Shown: positions 1 to 10,339, counted from the stretch's first letter. The stretch is DNA of 64,000 bases from Pyrodictiaceae archaeon (GCA_027036135.1 JALVSY010000030.1:224001-288000); one strand, 5' to 3'. The notes: generated from the letters alone by a model not told the origin. Made by a program: numbers and translations.

Positions 1-2
1 TC

Positions 3-362
3 GGCCTAGCTATTTGCTTCGAGATAAGGTACCCAGAGATATTCCGGAGCCTAGCGCTCCGCGGCGCCGACGTAGTAGTGGTTCCTGCCGGGTGGTACCG
101 GGGCCCCGTGAAAGAGGAGCAGATAGCCTTCCTAGCGAGGACTAGGAGCCACGAGAACACAATGTATATCGTTGTCCCTGTTCTCTACGGCGACAACTTT
201 ACAGGCAGGAGCCTCGTCGCCGACCCCTACGGCGTGGTACTAGTCGACGCTGGTATAGGAGAGCGAATAGCCATTGCAGAGCTCTCGAGGGATGTGCTCG
301 AGGAGGCTAGGAGAACATTCCCGTTGCTAAGGCTTAGGCGCCCTGAGCTATACAGGCTCTAA
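3..362 (+). CDS. carbon-nitrogen hydrolase (nitrilase family), 5'-truncated by window
   Basis: Frame from nt 3 reads GLAICFEIRYPE...ADVVVVPAGW...RSHEN...GRSLVADPYG, the nitrilase catalytic Cys motif and C-terminal signature. Confidence 0.9.
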   Translation, partial: GLAICFEIRYPEIFRSLALRGADVVVVPAGWYRGPVKEEQIAFLARTRSHENTMYIVVPVLYGDNFTGRSLVADPYGVVLVDAGIGERIAIAELSRDVLEEARRTFPLLRLRRPELYRL

Positions 363-378
363 AGACTCCTCGAGGCTA

Positions 379-1341
379 CTAGGAGTAAAGCCTCCTAGCA
401 GCGCTCAGCACGGCTTCATCCGTGAAGACTCTGGCTGCCTCCTGGTAGCCTAGGAGGCGTAGGGCCTCGTATAGTGCACCAAGAACTGGGTAGACGGTGC
501 CCACTACTAGTTTGGCGCCAATCCTTTTCCTTAGCTCCTCTGCGAAGCCCCGCCGGTAGAACCTTGATTTGAAGAGCGAGCCAACACCATGCACCGTTTC
601 TACATCTATTATTACGGCTACGCGGCTAGCTATAGCGGCGAGTAGCCGGGCACCCCTCACTAGCAATTCCTGGGCGGCTTCGCATCCCTTGTTAGCCGCC
701 TCGGAGACGTGAATTGCTACACGGGCTATCCTGTCTATGCCCTTGTTTAGGTAGAACCAGTACATCAGCTCATCACTAGTCCCTGCGCCCAGGGCCACGG
801 ATAGGCTACGGGTTAGGCAGTCATGCGGCACTAGCCCGTCCAGGGCCCTCCTAAGCCTCCGTAGAGCCAGTCTCGCGACCCAGAAACCGCTCCCCTCATC
901 GCCGAGGAGCCAGCCACGGTCACCAAGTATTACCCTACGTTCACCGTCATACCCCATCGCTATGCTACCAGTACCAGCAATCACGAGTACTCCCGGCTCT
1001 CCACGGGTAGCGGATAGCAACGAGATATACGCGTCATGGTCTAGTACTAGTTTGTCTCCGAGCCCGCTACTCTGCCTTACAAGGGGCTCCAGCCTTGCCT
1101 TCACCAAGGAGGAGTCAAATCCAGCGAGGCCGGCAAAGACTAAGTCAAGCTCACTAATGCCTCGTCCAAGACTCTCCAGGACCTTCTCCACGGATTCTCT
1201 AATGTTTCGTCCACTAAGCTCCGGCCCATTGTTGACAGGGTTAGAGGGGCCACTAGTAGCTATAGCTACCCGCCAAGTATCTGTGTCAAGGGCGAGTGCC
1301 TTGGTACTAGTAGCCCCTCCATCAATCCCTACAACGATCAT
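379..1341 (-). CDS. BadF/BadG/BcrA/BcrD ATPase family N-acetylglucosamine kinase-like
   Basis: GIDGGATST, IAGTGS and GWLLGDEGSG motifs. Confidence 0.85.
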   Translation of the reverse strand: MIVVGIDGGATSTKALALDTDTWRVAIATSGPSNPVNNGPELSGRNIRESVEKVLESLGRGISELDLVFAGLAGFDSSLVKARLEPLVRQSSGLGDKLVLDHDAYISLLSATRGEPGVLVIAGTGSIAMGYDGERRVILGDRGWLLGDEGSGFWVARLALRRLRRALDGLVPHDCLTRSLSVALGAGTSDELMYWFYLNKGIDRIARVAIHVSEAANKGCEAAQELLVRGARLLAAIASRVAVIIDVETVHGVGSLFKSRFYRRGFAEELRKRIGAKLVVGTVYPVLGALYEALRLLGYQEAARVFTDEAVLSAARRLYS

Positions 1342-1458
1342 CCCACAAGGGCACCTAGTCCATTGATACCCTTGTTCTATTGTGCACCAGTTATAAGAGG
1401 CTTGTCACACCACGTATCGCTGTGCTGCCGGGCTTGAAAGGGTATTGATTGGTGTCAT

Positions 1459-2391
1459 TTGAGGAGGGATTGGCTCGTGCTCGGCAAGCCCGCTGCGAGG
1501 ATCCTAGCTGCCTCCGTGTTGTTCCTGCTAGGATTCCTCCTTGGCTCCAGAAGGGCTGGCGCTAGCGTAGCATCCGTGTTGTCTAAGCTACTACTCTACC
1601 TAGTGATCCCGGCAATAATAATCTATAAGACAATGTATAGCTCCGTAAATATAGTCGCGTCGTACGCCGTCCTCGTCACCGCTATATTCTTCGCAACCGT
1701 TGGGACAGCTTACACATTGATACCGAAAATACTGGGAGAGTACCCCGGCCAAGTCATCGGGGCAGCAGTGTTGGCAGCGGGGATACACAACGCTGGGTTT
1801 CTCCCCATACCACTAATGCTCATACTCTACGGCGACGCGGGGCCAGCAGCCCTCTATGCTACGCTATCAAGCAGCTACGCAGCCATAGTGGTACCCATAA
1901 TAATCAGTAGGTTCGCCCAGGAGAAGAGAGGCACAATTCACATAGCCCGCTCAGTGCTCACCTATCCACCCTTCATCGCCCTGCTACTAGGAGTCTCACT
2001 AAGACTAGCAGGCGGCCCAGACCTACTCAGCGCAAGCACGATGAGCGACATCTATGTATTGTCCGCCGACGCGACGCTCCTAAGCTTCTACCTCGTTGGC
2101 GCAAGCCTCCGACAAAGCGGAATAGGGCTAGACAAGCCAGTAACAGTTATCGCTCTCTGGAGATTAGTAGTAGAGCCAACAATAGCACTCACTACATTAG
2201 CACTACTAGGCAGCGGCATCAAGGGGCTCTGGAGACAAGGCATAGTACTCGAGTCCTTCATGCCATCAGCAACAATGAACATAGTGGTATCAATGATATA
2301 TGGCCTAGACTACAAGACAGTCGCGAAATCCATAGGACTAGTAACACCGATATCAATAACCATAGCAACAATACTAGCACTAGACCACTAA
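1459..2391 (+). CDS. AEC (auxin efflux carrier) family transporter
   Basis: Multi-TM protein with NAGFLPIP and MPSA motifs. Confidence 0.85.
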   Translation: MRRDWLVLGKPAARILAASVLFLLGFLLGSRRAGASVASVLSKLLLYLVIPAIIIYKTMYSSVNIVASYAVLVTAIFFATVGTAYTLIPKILGEYPGQVIGAAVLAAGIHNAGFLPIPLMLILYGDAGPAALYATLSSSYAAIVVPIIISRFAQEKRGTIHIARSVLTYPPFIALLLGVSLRLAGGPDLLSASTMSDIYVLSADATLLSFYLVGASLRQSGIGLDKPVTVIALWRLVVEPTIALTTLALLGSGIKGLWRQGIVLESFMPSATMNIVVSMIYGLDYKTVAKSIGLVTPISITIATILALDH

Positions 2392-2424
2392 ATCCACGCA
2401 CTATGGAAGCTTCTCACACGATCA

Positions 2425-3198
2425 CTAAGTTACTAGGACTGCCTCCCGGCTACAATAAAGCCTCGGAGGATACATCTCGCCAAGACCCCTCGAAACATAC
2501 ATGACATTACCCCTTAGGCGGTAAAGACCCCACCTATACCCATAAACACTGTTAGTCGCGATACTAATGCTTCCCGGTAAACAGACTTGGCCACCATGGG
2601 TATGGCCAGCAAGCAGCGAAGCACCGTGCTTCCCCAGGTAGGGAAAAGCGTCAGGAGAATGAGAGACGAATACATCGGCGCCGCCAAGCCCTTGGAGTGC
2701 CTCCTCGTAGTCCCGGGGATTATCGCGCCAATCAAGCCCAGCAACACGGAGCCCAGCACCGTCAACAACCTCGTCGCGTAGAACCATGACACCAAGATTC
2801 TCTAGCCCGGCTATAGCCTCCCTCAACGGGAACTTGCTAGTATTCCAATACTCATGGTTACCCAGTATAGCGATAACAACCCTTGCGTTCCTTCGAAGAC
2901 CTTCTACAAGCATCCGTACAACGCTCATGTCATGTGTGCGTTCATCCCATAGGTCGCCGCCAATAATTACAATATCGGGCCCGAGCTTCTCGGCAACCCT
3001 CACCACGTAGTCTCGCTCACCACTTCTATGGACATGTATATCGGGTAAGAACAAGACCCTCCTGCCAAGACCGAAATCAAGACGAGTCATAGTAAGAGAA
3101 ACACCGTTCACTGCACCAACTGCGGTGAACCCCAACGCGCTAGCCGCTATTGCTAAGAGGAATCGTCGCCTACTAACCCGCATAGCTCTCATGCACAA
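2425..3198 (-). CDS. Tat-exported metallophosphoesterase
   Basis: SRRRFLL twin-arginine signal; DIH, GGD, GNHE and GHTHGGQ motifs. Confidence 0.9.
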   Translation of the reverse strand: MCMRAMRVSRRRFLLAIAASALGFTAVGAVNGVSLTMTRLDFGLGRRVLFLPDIHVHRSGERDYVVRVAEKLGPDIVIIGGDLWDERTHDMSVVRMLVEGLRRNARVVIAILGNHEYWNTSKFPLREAIAGLENLGVMVLRDEVVDGAGLRVAGLDWRDNPRDYEEALQGLGGADVFVSHSPDAFPYLGKHGASLLAGHTHGGQVCLPGSISIATNSVYGYRWGLYRLRGNVMYVSRGLGEMYPPRLYCSREAVLVT

Positions 3199-3352
3199 GG
3201 AACACTAAGCTCTCAGCATAAGTGTTCCGGTCTTTTAACGCTTATTTGATAATTAATGATATTGTATATTTAGTATGGGTCTTTGTTGTAAAATGAAAAC
3301 CAGAAAAACTTAATTGATAGCTATGCGATATTAGTATCATGAAAAATGGCTA

Positions 3353-4039
3353 GTGTTTCTCATATATATTTACCTAGGTGATGAAGGTGTGTCTATCTCC
3401 GTTCGTCTTGGGTTCTTGGTTAGTTGGCTGGGAGTAGCGAAGAAGATATACCGTGATTCCGCTTCCTTTGCGTTCGCTGTTGTTTTACCCTTATCTATAG
3501 TGGCTTGGCTACTGGTTAGAGCCTATATCGGGGGCGGCTGGGAGGCTATCTGGTCCCTCCTCTCCGGGAGAGACGGGCTCGCGGCTGCTGCGGTTATAGT
3601 TCTTCTTTTGGTGATACCACTTATCCCGCTGGCTGTCGCTTGGCTCGCATCACTCGCTGGCAGGGGTAGCTATGGCTACCTCGTGGAGGATAGGCGCATC
3701 CGCCTCTTCATAATGAAGGCCTACACCGTGCCCCTCGAGGAGGCAGAGATAAGGCTCGTCCCGCTAAAAGAAGTCAAGCCGTTACCCATTAAGCACGGAG
3801 TGCATCTAAGCGGCTTCGATGCCCAGGGCCTCCACATAGGCTACACCATTCTCGCCGACGGGAACTCGGGCCACGTCTTCATCTACGAGCCAGGCGACAA
3901 GGCAATACTCATACAGTACCGCGGAAAGAGATTCGTCATAGCACACCCCGGCGTTGAGAAAGTATACGAGAAGCTACTCCAGCTCCAAGGACCCAGGCCA
4001 CGTCAATGCGGCATTTCGAGTACGGCAACACAAAGTTAA
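3353..4039 (+). CDS. 2-TM membrane protein with bacterial PH-like domain; paralogue of 61846-62385
   Basis: Two hydrophobic helices then a beta-rich domain; C-terminus FIYEPGDKAILIQY..FVIAHPGVEKVYEKLL matches IIYKPQEKALLITY..FVISHPGIEKAYRELL. Confidence 0.7.
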   Translation: MFLIYIYLGDEGVSISVRLGFLVSWLGVAKKIYRDSASFAFAVVLPLSIVAWLLVRAYIGGGWEAIWSLLSGRDGLAAAAVIVLLLVIPLIPLAVAWLASLAGRGSYGYLVEDRRIRLFIMKAYTVPLEEAEIRLVPLKEVKPLPIKHGVHLSGFDAQGLHIGYTILADGNSGHVFIYEPGDKAILIQYRGKRFVIAHPGVEKVYEKLLQLQGPRPRQCGISSTATQS

Positions 4040-4364
4040 AACAATGTAGCAATCCTGACTAAGAGAAAGCCTCGTGTCTTAAAGAGGCTAGACTCCAGCG
4101 CATTCATAGACTTGCTTTCTTACTTTTCAACGAGATGGATGCTAAACCGGTAGGAAAGCAAAGCATCTAAACAGGTACTAGGACTTGTGTCTATATATCA
4201 TCTTTCAATACTAAGAGCTTTGCTTGCCAATCTTTGTTGAAGGTCATATGCTATCCTCCGACCTCTATGCGTTTGTGTGATATAAGCACTTCCTTGATCC
4301 TCGCAAGATTAATTAACTAGAAGCAATGATTATGGAGGTATGTATACGAGAATAAGAATGAGAG

Positions 4365-4410
4365 TGGCGCCGCGGCCGGGATTTGAACCCGGGTCACGGG
4401 CTTGACAGGC
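4365..4410 (-). repeat. att site: 46-bp exact copy of the tRNA-Asp 3' half
   Basis: tggcgccgcggccgggatttgaacccgggtcacgggcttgacaggc is identical to 12591-12636. Confidence 0.97.
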
Positions 4411-4749
4411 TTGAGAGTATATAAACTAACGTTGCATGTATGCAACTTCAATCATGCAACATAACTCGCTAGATTAATGAGCAATTCTGGTTCTAGTTCT
4501 TGATTCGACTGCAAAAAGGTAATGCAGCTCAATGATATTAAGTTCTGTATTAACTTTAGTCCCGGTAAACCGCATTATGCAGGTATATTTTTGTCTATAC
4601 CCTTGCCTAGACTGTGCTAAAGTTTCTACGACAATAAAATGATCGGGGGAACACGGGAAACTATACTATATCTCGTTCTTTACTACCTGTGTATATACAT
4701 CAGTTCAAAAAGCCAAATCAATTGTATACGGGAAGTATAGACTTTAGCA

Positions 4750-5298
4750 CTAATAATAGTATGTTATTGAGACTACTTGTGTAGCACCGCTGATAAAGTT
4801 GCTATTACCTACTCTAACCTCAATAGTTCCCGGGAGAACTGGGAATACTGCGCTACCCTCAGAGCCCACATAGACTTTTTGGTCAAAGGAGGTGCCATAA
4901 GAGTGATATACAACTTCTACATAAGTCTTATCTGTTGTTGATGAGTGCACTGTAACCACTATGTAGCCGGCGTAGTTGATGTGGAATCTCCAGTACATAT
5001 AGGAGGAGGCTGGCTCATTAATAGTCTCGTGGCTCACTAGTGTCTTTGAGAGCCTTAGATTAACTATATCCTCTAGCCGAGATAATTGGTTTTGGCAAGC
5101 GTTAAGCTCTCTTTGCAAGGCACTGATCTGGGACTCAAGATCGCTAGTTGATCTTGCACCAACCGTTTGACTTATTTCGTTTAGCTTAGACTTGTAGTGG
5201 TAGTAGGTGTATCCCCATCCTATAGCCATTAAGACTATGATAGTGACTAGAGCCATTACTGCTGCGGACTTATTAGCGGAGGGAATGCTCTCCGCCAA
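4750..5298 (-). CDS. membrane-anchored protein (TM, coiled coil, beta-rich domain)
   Basis: N-terminal TM helix, heptad-like segment LESQISALQRELNACQNQLSRLE, beta-rich C-terminus. Confidence 0.7.
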   Translation of the reverse strand: MAESIPSANKSAAVMALVTIIVLMAIGWGYTYYHYKSKLNEISQTVGARSTSDLESQISALQRELNACQNQLSRLEDIVNLRLSKTLVSHETINEPASSYMYWRFHINYAGYIVVTVHSSTTDKTYVEVVYHSYGTSFDQKVYVGSEGSAVFPVLPGTIEVRVGNSNFISGATQVVSITYYY

Positions 5299-5425
5299 GT
5301 CCGCAGCACCATAGTCAATATTCCTAATATTTCATTATATAAGACTTATGTAATGTACTACCAAGTCTCGGTGTTAAGGAATAGAGTCAAAGTTATACCT
5401 GGTACTTAACTGAAGGAAGGAAATT

Positions 5426-5859
5426 CTACCTAGCACGTGTGGGCATTTTTAGTAACGCTTCTCTTAGCTGTACCATTAAGTCATAGACGTTACTACTACC
5501 TCTTAACTCTATCTTGCCGCCAGGGTAATATATAATCATTTTGTATCTGTTCAGCCAGCCATAGATAGCTATTGCTAGTCCTATTACGAAGAATACTATG
5601 AACACTATTGGGCCTAGTTCCGCGCTCAAGTTTATCCCTGCAATGTTGAGAAGCAGGGGAGCAAGGGCTATGAGGAGCCCTGCAAGCACCAGGTCCAGTG
5701 ATTCCGCTAGTTCAACTGAGTATATTGCTTCGAGGAGTATGTCGCGGATCCATTCACCTTTATGATTATTAGGCGTAGATTTGTTATGGTGTATAGGGTG
5801 CCTTTAATTCCTCCTTGCCAGATCTTTTTCTCGCCCTCGGCGAGAACCAAGACTAGCAC
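5426..5859 (-). pseudogene. frameshifted PH-like membrane protein
   Basis: Upstream frame MLVLVLAEGEKKIWQGGIKGTLYTITNLRLII switches near 5760 to GEWIRDILLEAIYSVEL..., which is in frame with ORF 5426-5689. Confidence 0.6.
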
Positions 5860-5938
5860 CCATTATTAGTGTGTCAAGAAGGACAGACTTCTATCTAGCT
5901 CCCAGACTGGTCATAGAGTTCGGCTAGGGGATGGAGCC

Positions 5939-7183
5939 TCATCTCGTTACCGCCTCTTTCTTGCCCCGCTTAATCTCTTCGAAGAACCGTTCCCTGATCT
6001 CCTCGGGTACGTGGGCTCTCGCATAGGTGTAGGTTACTGGGTTCCTATCCCAGCCACATCCGAGGCACAAGTCGTGCTGCTTCATCCGCCTACAGCTAGG
6101 CATTAACCAGTTCCGCCTAGCGCCACGCAACCCATAGGCATACTCGACCTGGTACCTCGTAACCCTCTCATTGTAATCTCTAGCATGTTTGGCGAAGAAC
6201 CCTATCACTTGCTCCTTGTCGAAACCGACCCACTTCAGGTACCAGACAAGGGCCAAGCGAGCATAGTGGTCAACATCACCACTCCTAACCATGGTCTCGA
6301 TAATGTTCCTGATACAGGGCGGCACGGCCTCGCTCCCAGCCAGCTCCTCGATGCTCCTGGGTAGGGGCTTCTTTGGCCCCCTGGTTGCCCTGGGCCTTGG
6401 TCGTAGCAGCTTGGGTCTAGGCATATCTACCTCAATCCTATAGACTGTGACTTCCCCAGGGTCTAGTGGGTTGAACATGCTCCAGTCGAAGTCCTCGGCC
6501 CCAAACCTCGGCTCTATGGGCTTTGCAAAGCCCTTATGACCCTTATTGTTCCTATTAGCGGAACAGTCATCCTTGACATTGTAAGTAAAAGGTGGCCTCG
6601 ATGGGTGCTTTGCATCATTGAACATGCTTGGATCCACTAGGGGTTTCCCGCTGCACTTTATCTGGGTGTAGCGGTAGGGCTGTATCAGGCTCCTAGCTAG
6701 TAGGACGTAGCCCTCGTAGTCCGTGGGCTTCTTGAGCGGGATAACGAGTCTTGCACCCTTACACCCGGTCACATACACTAATGGGTCTACCTGGTACCGC
6801 TCCCTAAGGCTCCTCGCAAACTCTAGTGCACGGCTCACAGCCAGCTCTGGGTCGTCTTTGCAGTCGAAATCGTATTGCACAGTATCATAGACCAGGTGCT
6901 CAGCCCCTAGATCAATCTCCCCAGTTACCGCTGCGAGGCTATACTCGGGGCGCACAGCACCAATACCTATGAAGAGATTAACGCTCCGAAACCTAGGCAT
7001 AATCACTTGATCCAAGAGGAGCTCAAAGCCCTGGACAAAGAATACCCGTCTAACCTTAACCCTTGCCCTACGAGGATCACCAATACTATAGAAGACTTCG
7101 CGAGCCTCACCAATCCCAAGAGGCCCCCTAAACCACTTCACCAAAAACTCCCTTACCTTGTTTAGGCTAACCACAATAATCAC
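5939..7183 (-). CDS. AEP primase catalytic domain fused to PriL C-terminal Fe-S domain
   Basis: YDFD motif, TGCKGAR motif II-like segment, SRPPFTYN; C-terminal PPCI...HYARL...YNERVTRYQV...PSC....C..C...NP of PriL. Confidence 0.85.
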   Translation of the reverse strand: MIIVVSLNKVREFLVKWFRGPLGIGEAREVFYSIGDPRRARVKVRRVFFVQGFELLLDQVIMPRFRSVNLFIGIGAVRPEYSLAAVTGEIDLGAEHLVYDTVQYDFDCKDDPELAVSRALEFARSLRERYQVDPLVYVTGCKGARLVIPLKKPTDYEGYVLLARSLIQPYRYTQIKCSGKPLVDPSMFNDAKHPSRPPFTYNVKDDCSANRNNKGHKGFAKPIEPRFGAEDFDWSMFNPLDPGEVTVYRIEVDMPRPKLLRPRPRATRGPKKPLPRSIEELAGSEAVPPCIRNIIETMVRSGDVDHYARLALVWYLKWVGFDKEQVIGFFAKHARDYNERVTRYQVEYAYGLRGARRNWLMPSCRRMKQHDLCLGCGWDRNPVTYTYARAHVPEEIRERFFEEIKRGKKEAVTR

Positions 7184-8994
7184 CCTTGAAGTTCTTCTCG
7201 TGATCTGACTAGATACTTGTCAATAACCTTGGCATATTTCTCGCTGACATAGGGCCTCTCGGTATCCTCAAGCACTCCTACGTGGTAGAGAACCTTCACA
7301 AGCCTGTTGATCGTTGATGGGCTCAGTTTGAGTTTCCTTGCCAACTCTCTTTGGGTTATATCAGGTTCCTCTACAAGCTTGACCACTATATCGCCTAGAG
7401 TCTTAGACGAGGAGCCCAGAGCAAGCTTTGCAGCAAGCCTCATAGCGTGATCATCTATCGTTGGAAGCCCGATTATTCGTGGAACCTGACGTATCAACGT
7501 GTTAGCTTTGACAAAGAGTGAAAGCTGCATACGCGACCTTATCGGGGTATCAGTCTGTGTAACCTCTATATCTTCCGCCCACCGGCCCCGCCCATCATCG
7601 CTTTCCTCATAGTAACGTTTTCTATGAAAAGCTACCCGTAACTTAGCGAGAAGGGTTGCTAGCACATCGAGTTCATCGCTCTTTTCAGGTAGCATTGTGG
7701 CCTTATACAAGTCATCCCTCGTTATTGATTCAAGAGCAGTTGTGAGCATAGTTGAAAGCATGCTCCTTAGCCAGATCATAAGTTTCTGAGCAGCAGGTCT
7801 CTCCAACAATAAAGCTATACGAATGGCATCTTCATCCCTAAGCTGGTAACGATAAATAAGCCATCTAGACCCATAAGCTATCATGGGACCTAAGAACTTA
7901 TTTTCATAAGTCTCAACAGTCATGTTACCGACTATGACGGTATCCACGGGAGAGGATCGTGCACCCTGTGCAGTATCCCTTCTGAAATAGCCATCATAAA
8001 CGCTCTCAAGCAGCGAAAGTATCCTTCTTGCCTCTTTTTCATCCTTTTCCGCTATTGAGCTAAGAGTCGGGAATAGTGTGACTCTGCCATGCATTTGCTC
8101 CACAAGGGCAGGCTTATCGGGCTCTGCAGGCGAAAAACTCGCATAAGTAACATCCCCCAAGCTGAGAACATACACAGAGTCTTTGATCAGTCCCGTAAAG
8201 GTTGTCTTGAGGGCACTTGGTGGCGCAACTACTAGCACCCATAGTGGGCGAGGTTGAACTAGGCCCCTTCTCCTCTCAACCACACGTAGTGTTAAGGCGC
8301 TAGTAATAGTTGTCTCTACTAAGTCTCCTATTTCGGGAGAGAAAACAAGCCTAATGAGCCTTATTATGTCCTCTATGCTTGGCTGGCCTACTAGTCGCTC
8401 TATCATTTCTGTTAGTTCTTCTCTTAATATTTGGCGTGTTTCCACTAACAGGTTAGAGGAATCCACTAAGGAGTTGATGACCTTTCTAATATCCAATTCT
8501 TCATAAGGTACCTTGTGATGTGTTTCCACGCCATATGTTTCCACACCATATAGGCGTTCTGCGCTGGGGGAAACACTTTCAAATCTTCCCAGCTTCTTCA
8601 CAAGCAATTCCTTTATGAGTTTCTTCCTTAGAAGCGTGGACCATGAGTAAATGTATTCAAAGACCTTCTCACTTATCTCATCCACATAGCCCTTTAAGAG
8701 TTCGTCACCAATATACTCGCTGTGCGCGCGTAGTGTGTCCGCTAACTCGTTCACGTTATGCGCTTCTACCTCGAATAGTGCTTCAACATCGTTGTCATTG
8801 TAGCGCCAGAAGGTTACCCTGTAGCGGGCATCTTCCTTACTCCTCTTCATACGCCGTATCTCTATCGCGTAGTGGCCTAGGATTAGAATCATTTTCTTCT
8901 TATTTATTGCTTGTAGCTCAATCGGCAAATCTACTATTTTTGGCTTGACGATTTCAACCCTATGTTCGACACTATTGTGTGGCTGCATACTCAT
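7180..8994 (-). CDS. AAA+/MCM-like ATPase (putative replicative helicase) with C-terminal wHTH
   Basis: Walker A variant VAPPSALKTT, LLESVYDG.F.R, C-terminal ITQRELARKLKLSPSTINRLV. Start moved to ATG 8994, which follows a GGTGA SD (ORF track starts at 9129). Confidence 0.7.
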   Translation of the reverse strand: MSMQPHNSVEHRVEIVKPKIVDLPIELQAINKKKMILILGHYAIEIRRMKRSKEDARYRVTFWRYNDNDVEALFEVEAHNVNELADTLRAHSEYIGDELLKGYVDEISEKVFEYIYSWSTLLRKKLIKELLVKKLGRFESVSPSAERLYGVETYGVETHHKVPYEELDIRKVINSLVDSSNLLVETRQILREELTEMIERLVGQPSIEDIIRLIRLVFSPEIGDLVETTITSALTLRVVERRRGLVQPRPLWVLVVAPPSALKTTFTGLIKDSVYVLSLGDVTYASFSPAEPDKPALVEQMHGRVTLFPTLSSIAEKDEKEARRILSLLESVYDGYFRRDTAQGARSSPVDTVIVGNMTVETYENKFLGPMIAYGSRWLIYRYQLRDEDAIRIALLLERPAAQKLMIWLRSMLSTMLTTALESITRDDLYKATMLPEKSDELDVLATLLAKLRVAFHRKRYYEESDDGRGRWAEDIEVTQTDTPIRSRMQLSLFVKANTLIRQVPRIIGLPTIDDHAMRLAAKLALGSSSKTLGDIVVKLVEEPDITQRELARKLKLSPSTINRLVKVLYHVGVLEDTERPYVSEKYAKVIDKYLVRSREELQG

Positions 8995-8999
8995 TGTTT

Positions 9000-9611
9000 T
9001 CACCTCTTGGCTAGGCATTGCCATTTGTATGGGCAGTGTGTGCACCATGGGCCTGGCTCTCTGGGTGGCTTTGTCCTCGTTGTTATTGCTTTGTGTAGCT
9101 TGATTGCTCTCTTTACTAGCTGGCTCCACATCCCCTTGTCTAGGCTGTGCCTGTAGACCTTGACCTCGCCGCTCCTAGCTATGTAGACTAGGTAGCCTCT
9201 CTTGGCTCTCAGCATGTAGGTGTAGGCGTTTAGTTGTAGTAGGTGGCTCCTATAGGGCTCCACTGGCAGCTTATTGGTTGTCTTGAGCTCTACGACTACT
9301 CCTTCATCGGGGTGGTAGAGGTCTGCGTGCCCCACTAGCCAGAACTCTCCCACCCTGTACCTTGCCTCGACCTCTACTAGCCATCCCTTCCCTGTTAGGA
9401 GCTCCTGTAGCTTCTCGTGAACCCCATTACCAATCAACATCACAACGTTGCTTGGGTCGAGGGCTGGGCGCGGCCAAGTACGCTCATAGTAGGCGCGTCT
9501 CAGACAGCCAGCAGCCTCACTAACATGGATCCTGTCAAGACTATAGACTCTCCTACGCTTCTCGACAAGCTCGCGGAACCAGCCATAAACAGTCTCAGCA
9601 GTAAGCAACAC
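9000..9611 (-). CDS. cas4: solo Cas4-like PD-(D/E)XK exonuclease
   Basis: GCLRR, GHAD...ELKT, QLNAY and C-terminal CxxCxxxxxC Fe-S motif. Confidence 0.9.
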   Translation of the reverse strand: MLLTAETVYGWFRELVEKRRRVYSLDRIHVSEAAGCLRRAYYERTWPRPALDPSNVVMLIGNGVHEKLQELLTGKGWLVEVEARYRVGEFWLVGHADLYHPDEGVVVELKTTNKLPVEPYRSHLLQLNAYTYMLRAKRGYLVYIARSGEVKVYRHSLDKGMWSQLVKRAIKLHKAITTRTKPPREPGPWCTHCPYKWQCLAKR

Positions 9612-9613
9612 AG

Positions 9614-10015
9614 CTACCGCCTCTTGAAGCCTTCTTTGAGAACCCAGTAGGGGCAGATCCCGGCAAGGCCGCAGACTGTGCCTTCGCTTTCGCAGCGGAA
9701 GCGCTGCCTACGACTACTACAGCGTTTGATGAACTCTCTCCACAATGTCTTGGGCTTCAAGGTGTACCTTACAGGGCGGCTACCATTATGCCTCTCAGCC
9801 AGCCCAAGCCTCTCCAAGAGGGCTAGGAGCTTGCCTAGCTGAGTAACCCAGTAATGATTATAGCCATAGATTGCCGCCAGATCCCTGGCCTTGACATAAA
9901 GGCTCCGCTTAGTAGAGACCACATCAATTAACAGGGACAGAGCCTTAACCATCTGCTTCTCGTTAGCAGCAGCGTTTTTTGGAGAAGAAAACGCGCCAAA
10001 AACTTGGGCTGCCAT
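9614..10015 (-). CDS. wHTH-like protein with C-terminal Cys cluster
   Basis: KARDLAA...LGKLLALLERLGLAER wHTH pattern; C-x8-C-x6-C-x5-C tail. Confidence 0.55.
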   Translation of the reverse strand: MAAQVFGAFSSPKNAAANEKQMVKALSLLIDVVSTKRSLYVKARDLAAIYGYNHYWVTQLGKLLALLERLGLAERHNGSRPVRYTLKPKTLWREFIKRCSSRRQRFRCESEGTVCGLAGICPYWVLKEGFKRR

Positions 10016-10074
10016 CTTAGTCGTTACCTCCTCTTCTTGTTTTTGAAACCTTTGCCTAGCTTAGTTACCTAGTT

Positions 10075-10257
10075 CTAATCATCGCTGTCTATCACTAAGT
10101 AGACCTTGACCTTCTTGCCCTTGGCGTGTAGCTCGCTCCAAAGGTCATTATACATTGTGGGCAAGTAGATCTTGTAGCGCTTGGTCTCCTTTACTATACC
10201 TCTCCTGCCAAGATATAATGATGTAGCTCTAACAATTAGGCTTGAATCGGTACTCAT
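10075..10257 (-). CDS. small AbrB-like DNA-binding protein
   Basis: RYKIYLP...GKKVKVYL swapped-hairpin pattern; first gene of the leftward operon. Confidence 0.5.
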   Translation of the reverse strand: MSTDSSLIVRATSLYLGRRGIVKETKRYKIYLPTMYNDLWSELHAKGKKVKVYLVIDSDD

Positions 10258-10325
10258 GTGCTACACACCGTGTATATGATTATGTGAGCACGAAAATAGG
10301 GATTTCTAGAACCTTTTTTATTCTG

Positions 10326-10339
10326 TGTATCCGGATACA
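10326..10339. promoter_or_regulatory. 14-bp perfect palindrome in divergent promoter region (putative operator)
   Basis: TGTATCCGGATACA lies between the divergent genes 10257(-) and 10364(+). Confidence 0.45.

Noticed and set aside
4090-4320. Possible PIN-domain remnant (LDSSAFIDLL)
   Set aside because: Only a short motif followed by stops; cannot be supported
8519-8549. Tandem 15-bp repeat (YGVET x2)
   Set aside because: Small in-frame duplication within the helicase-like gene
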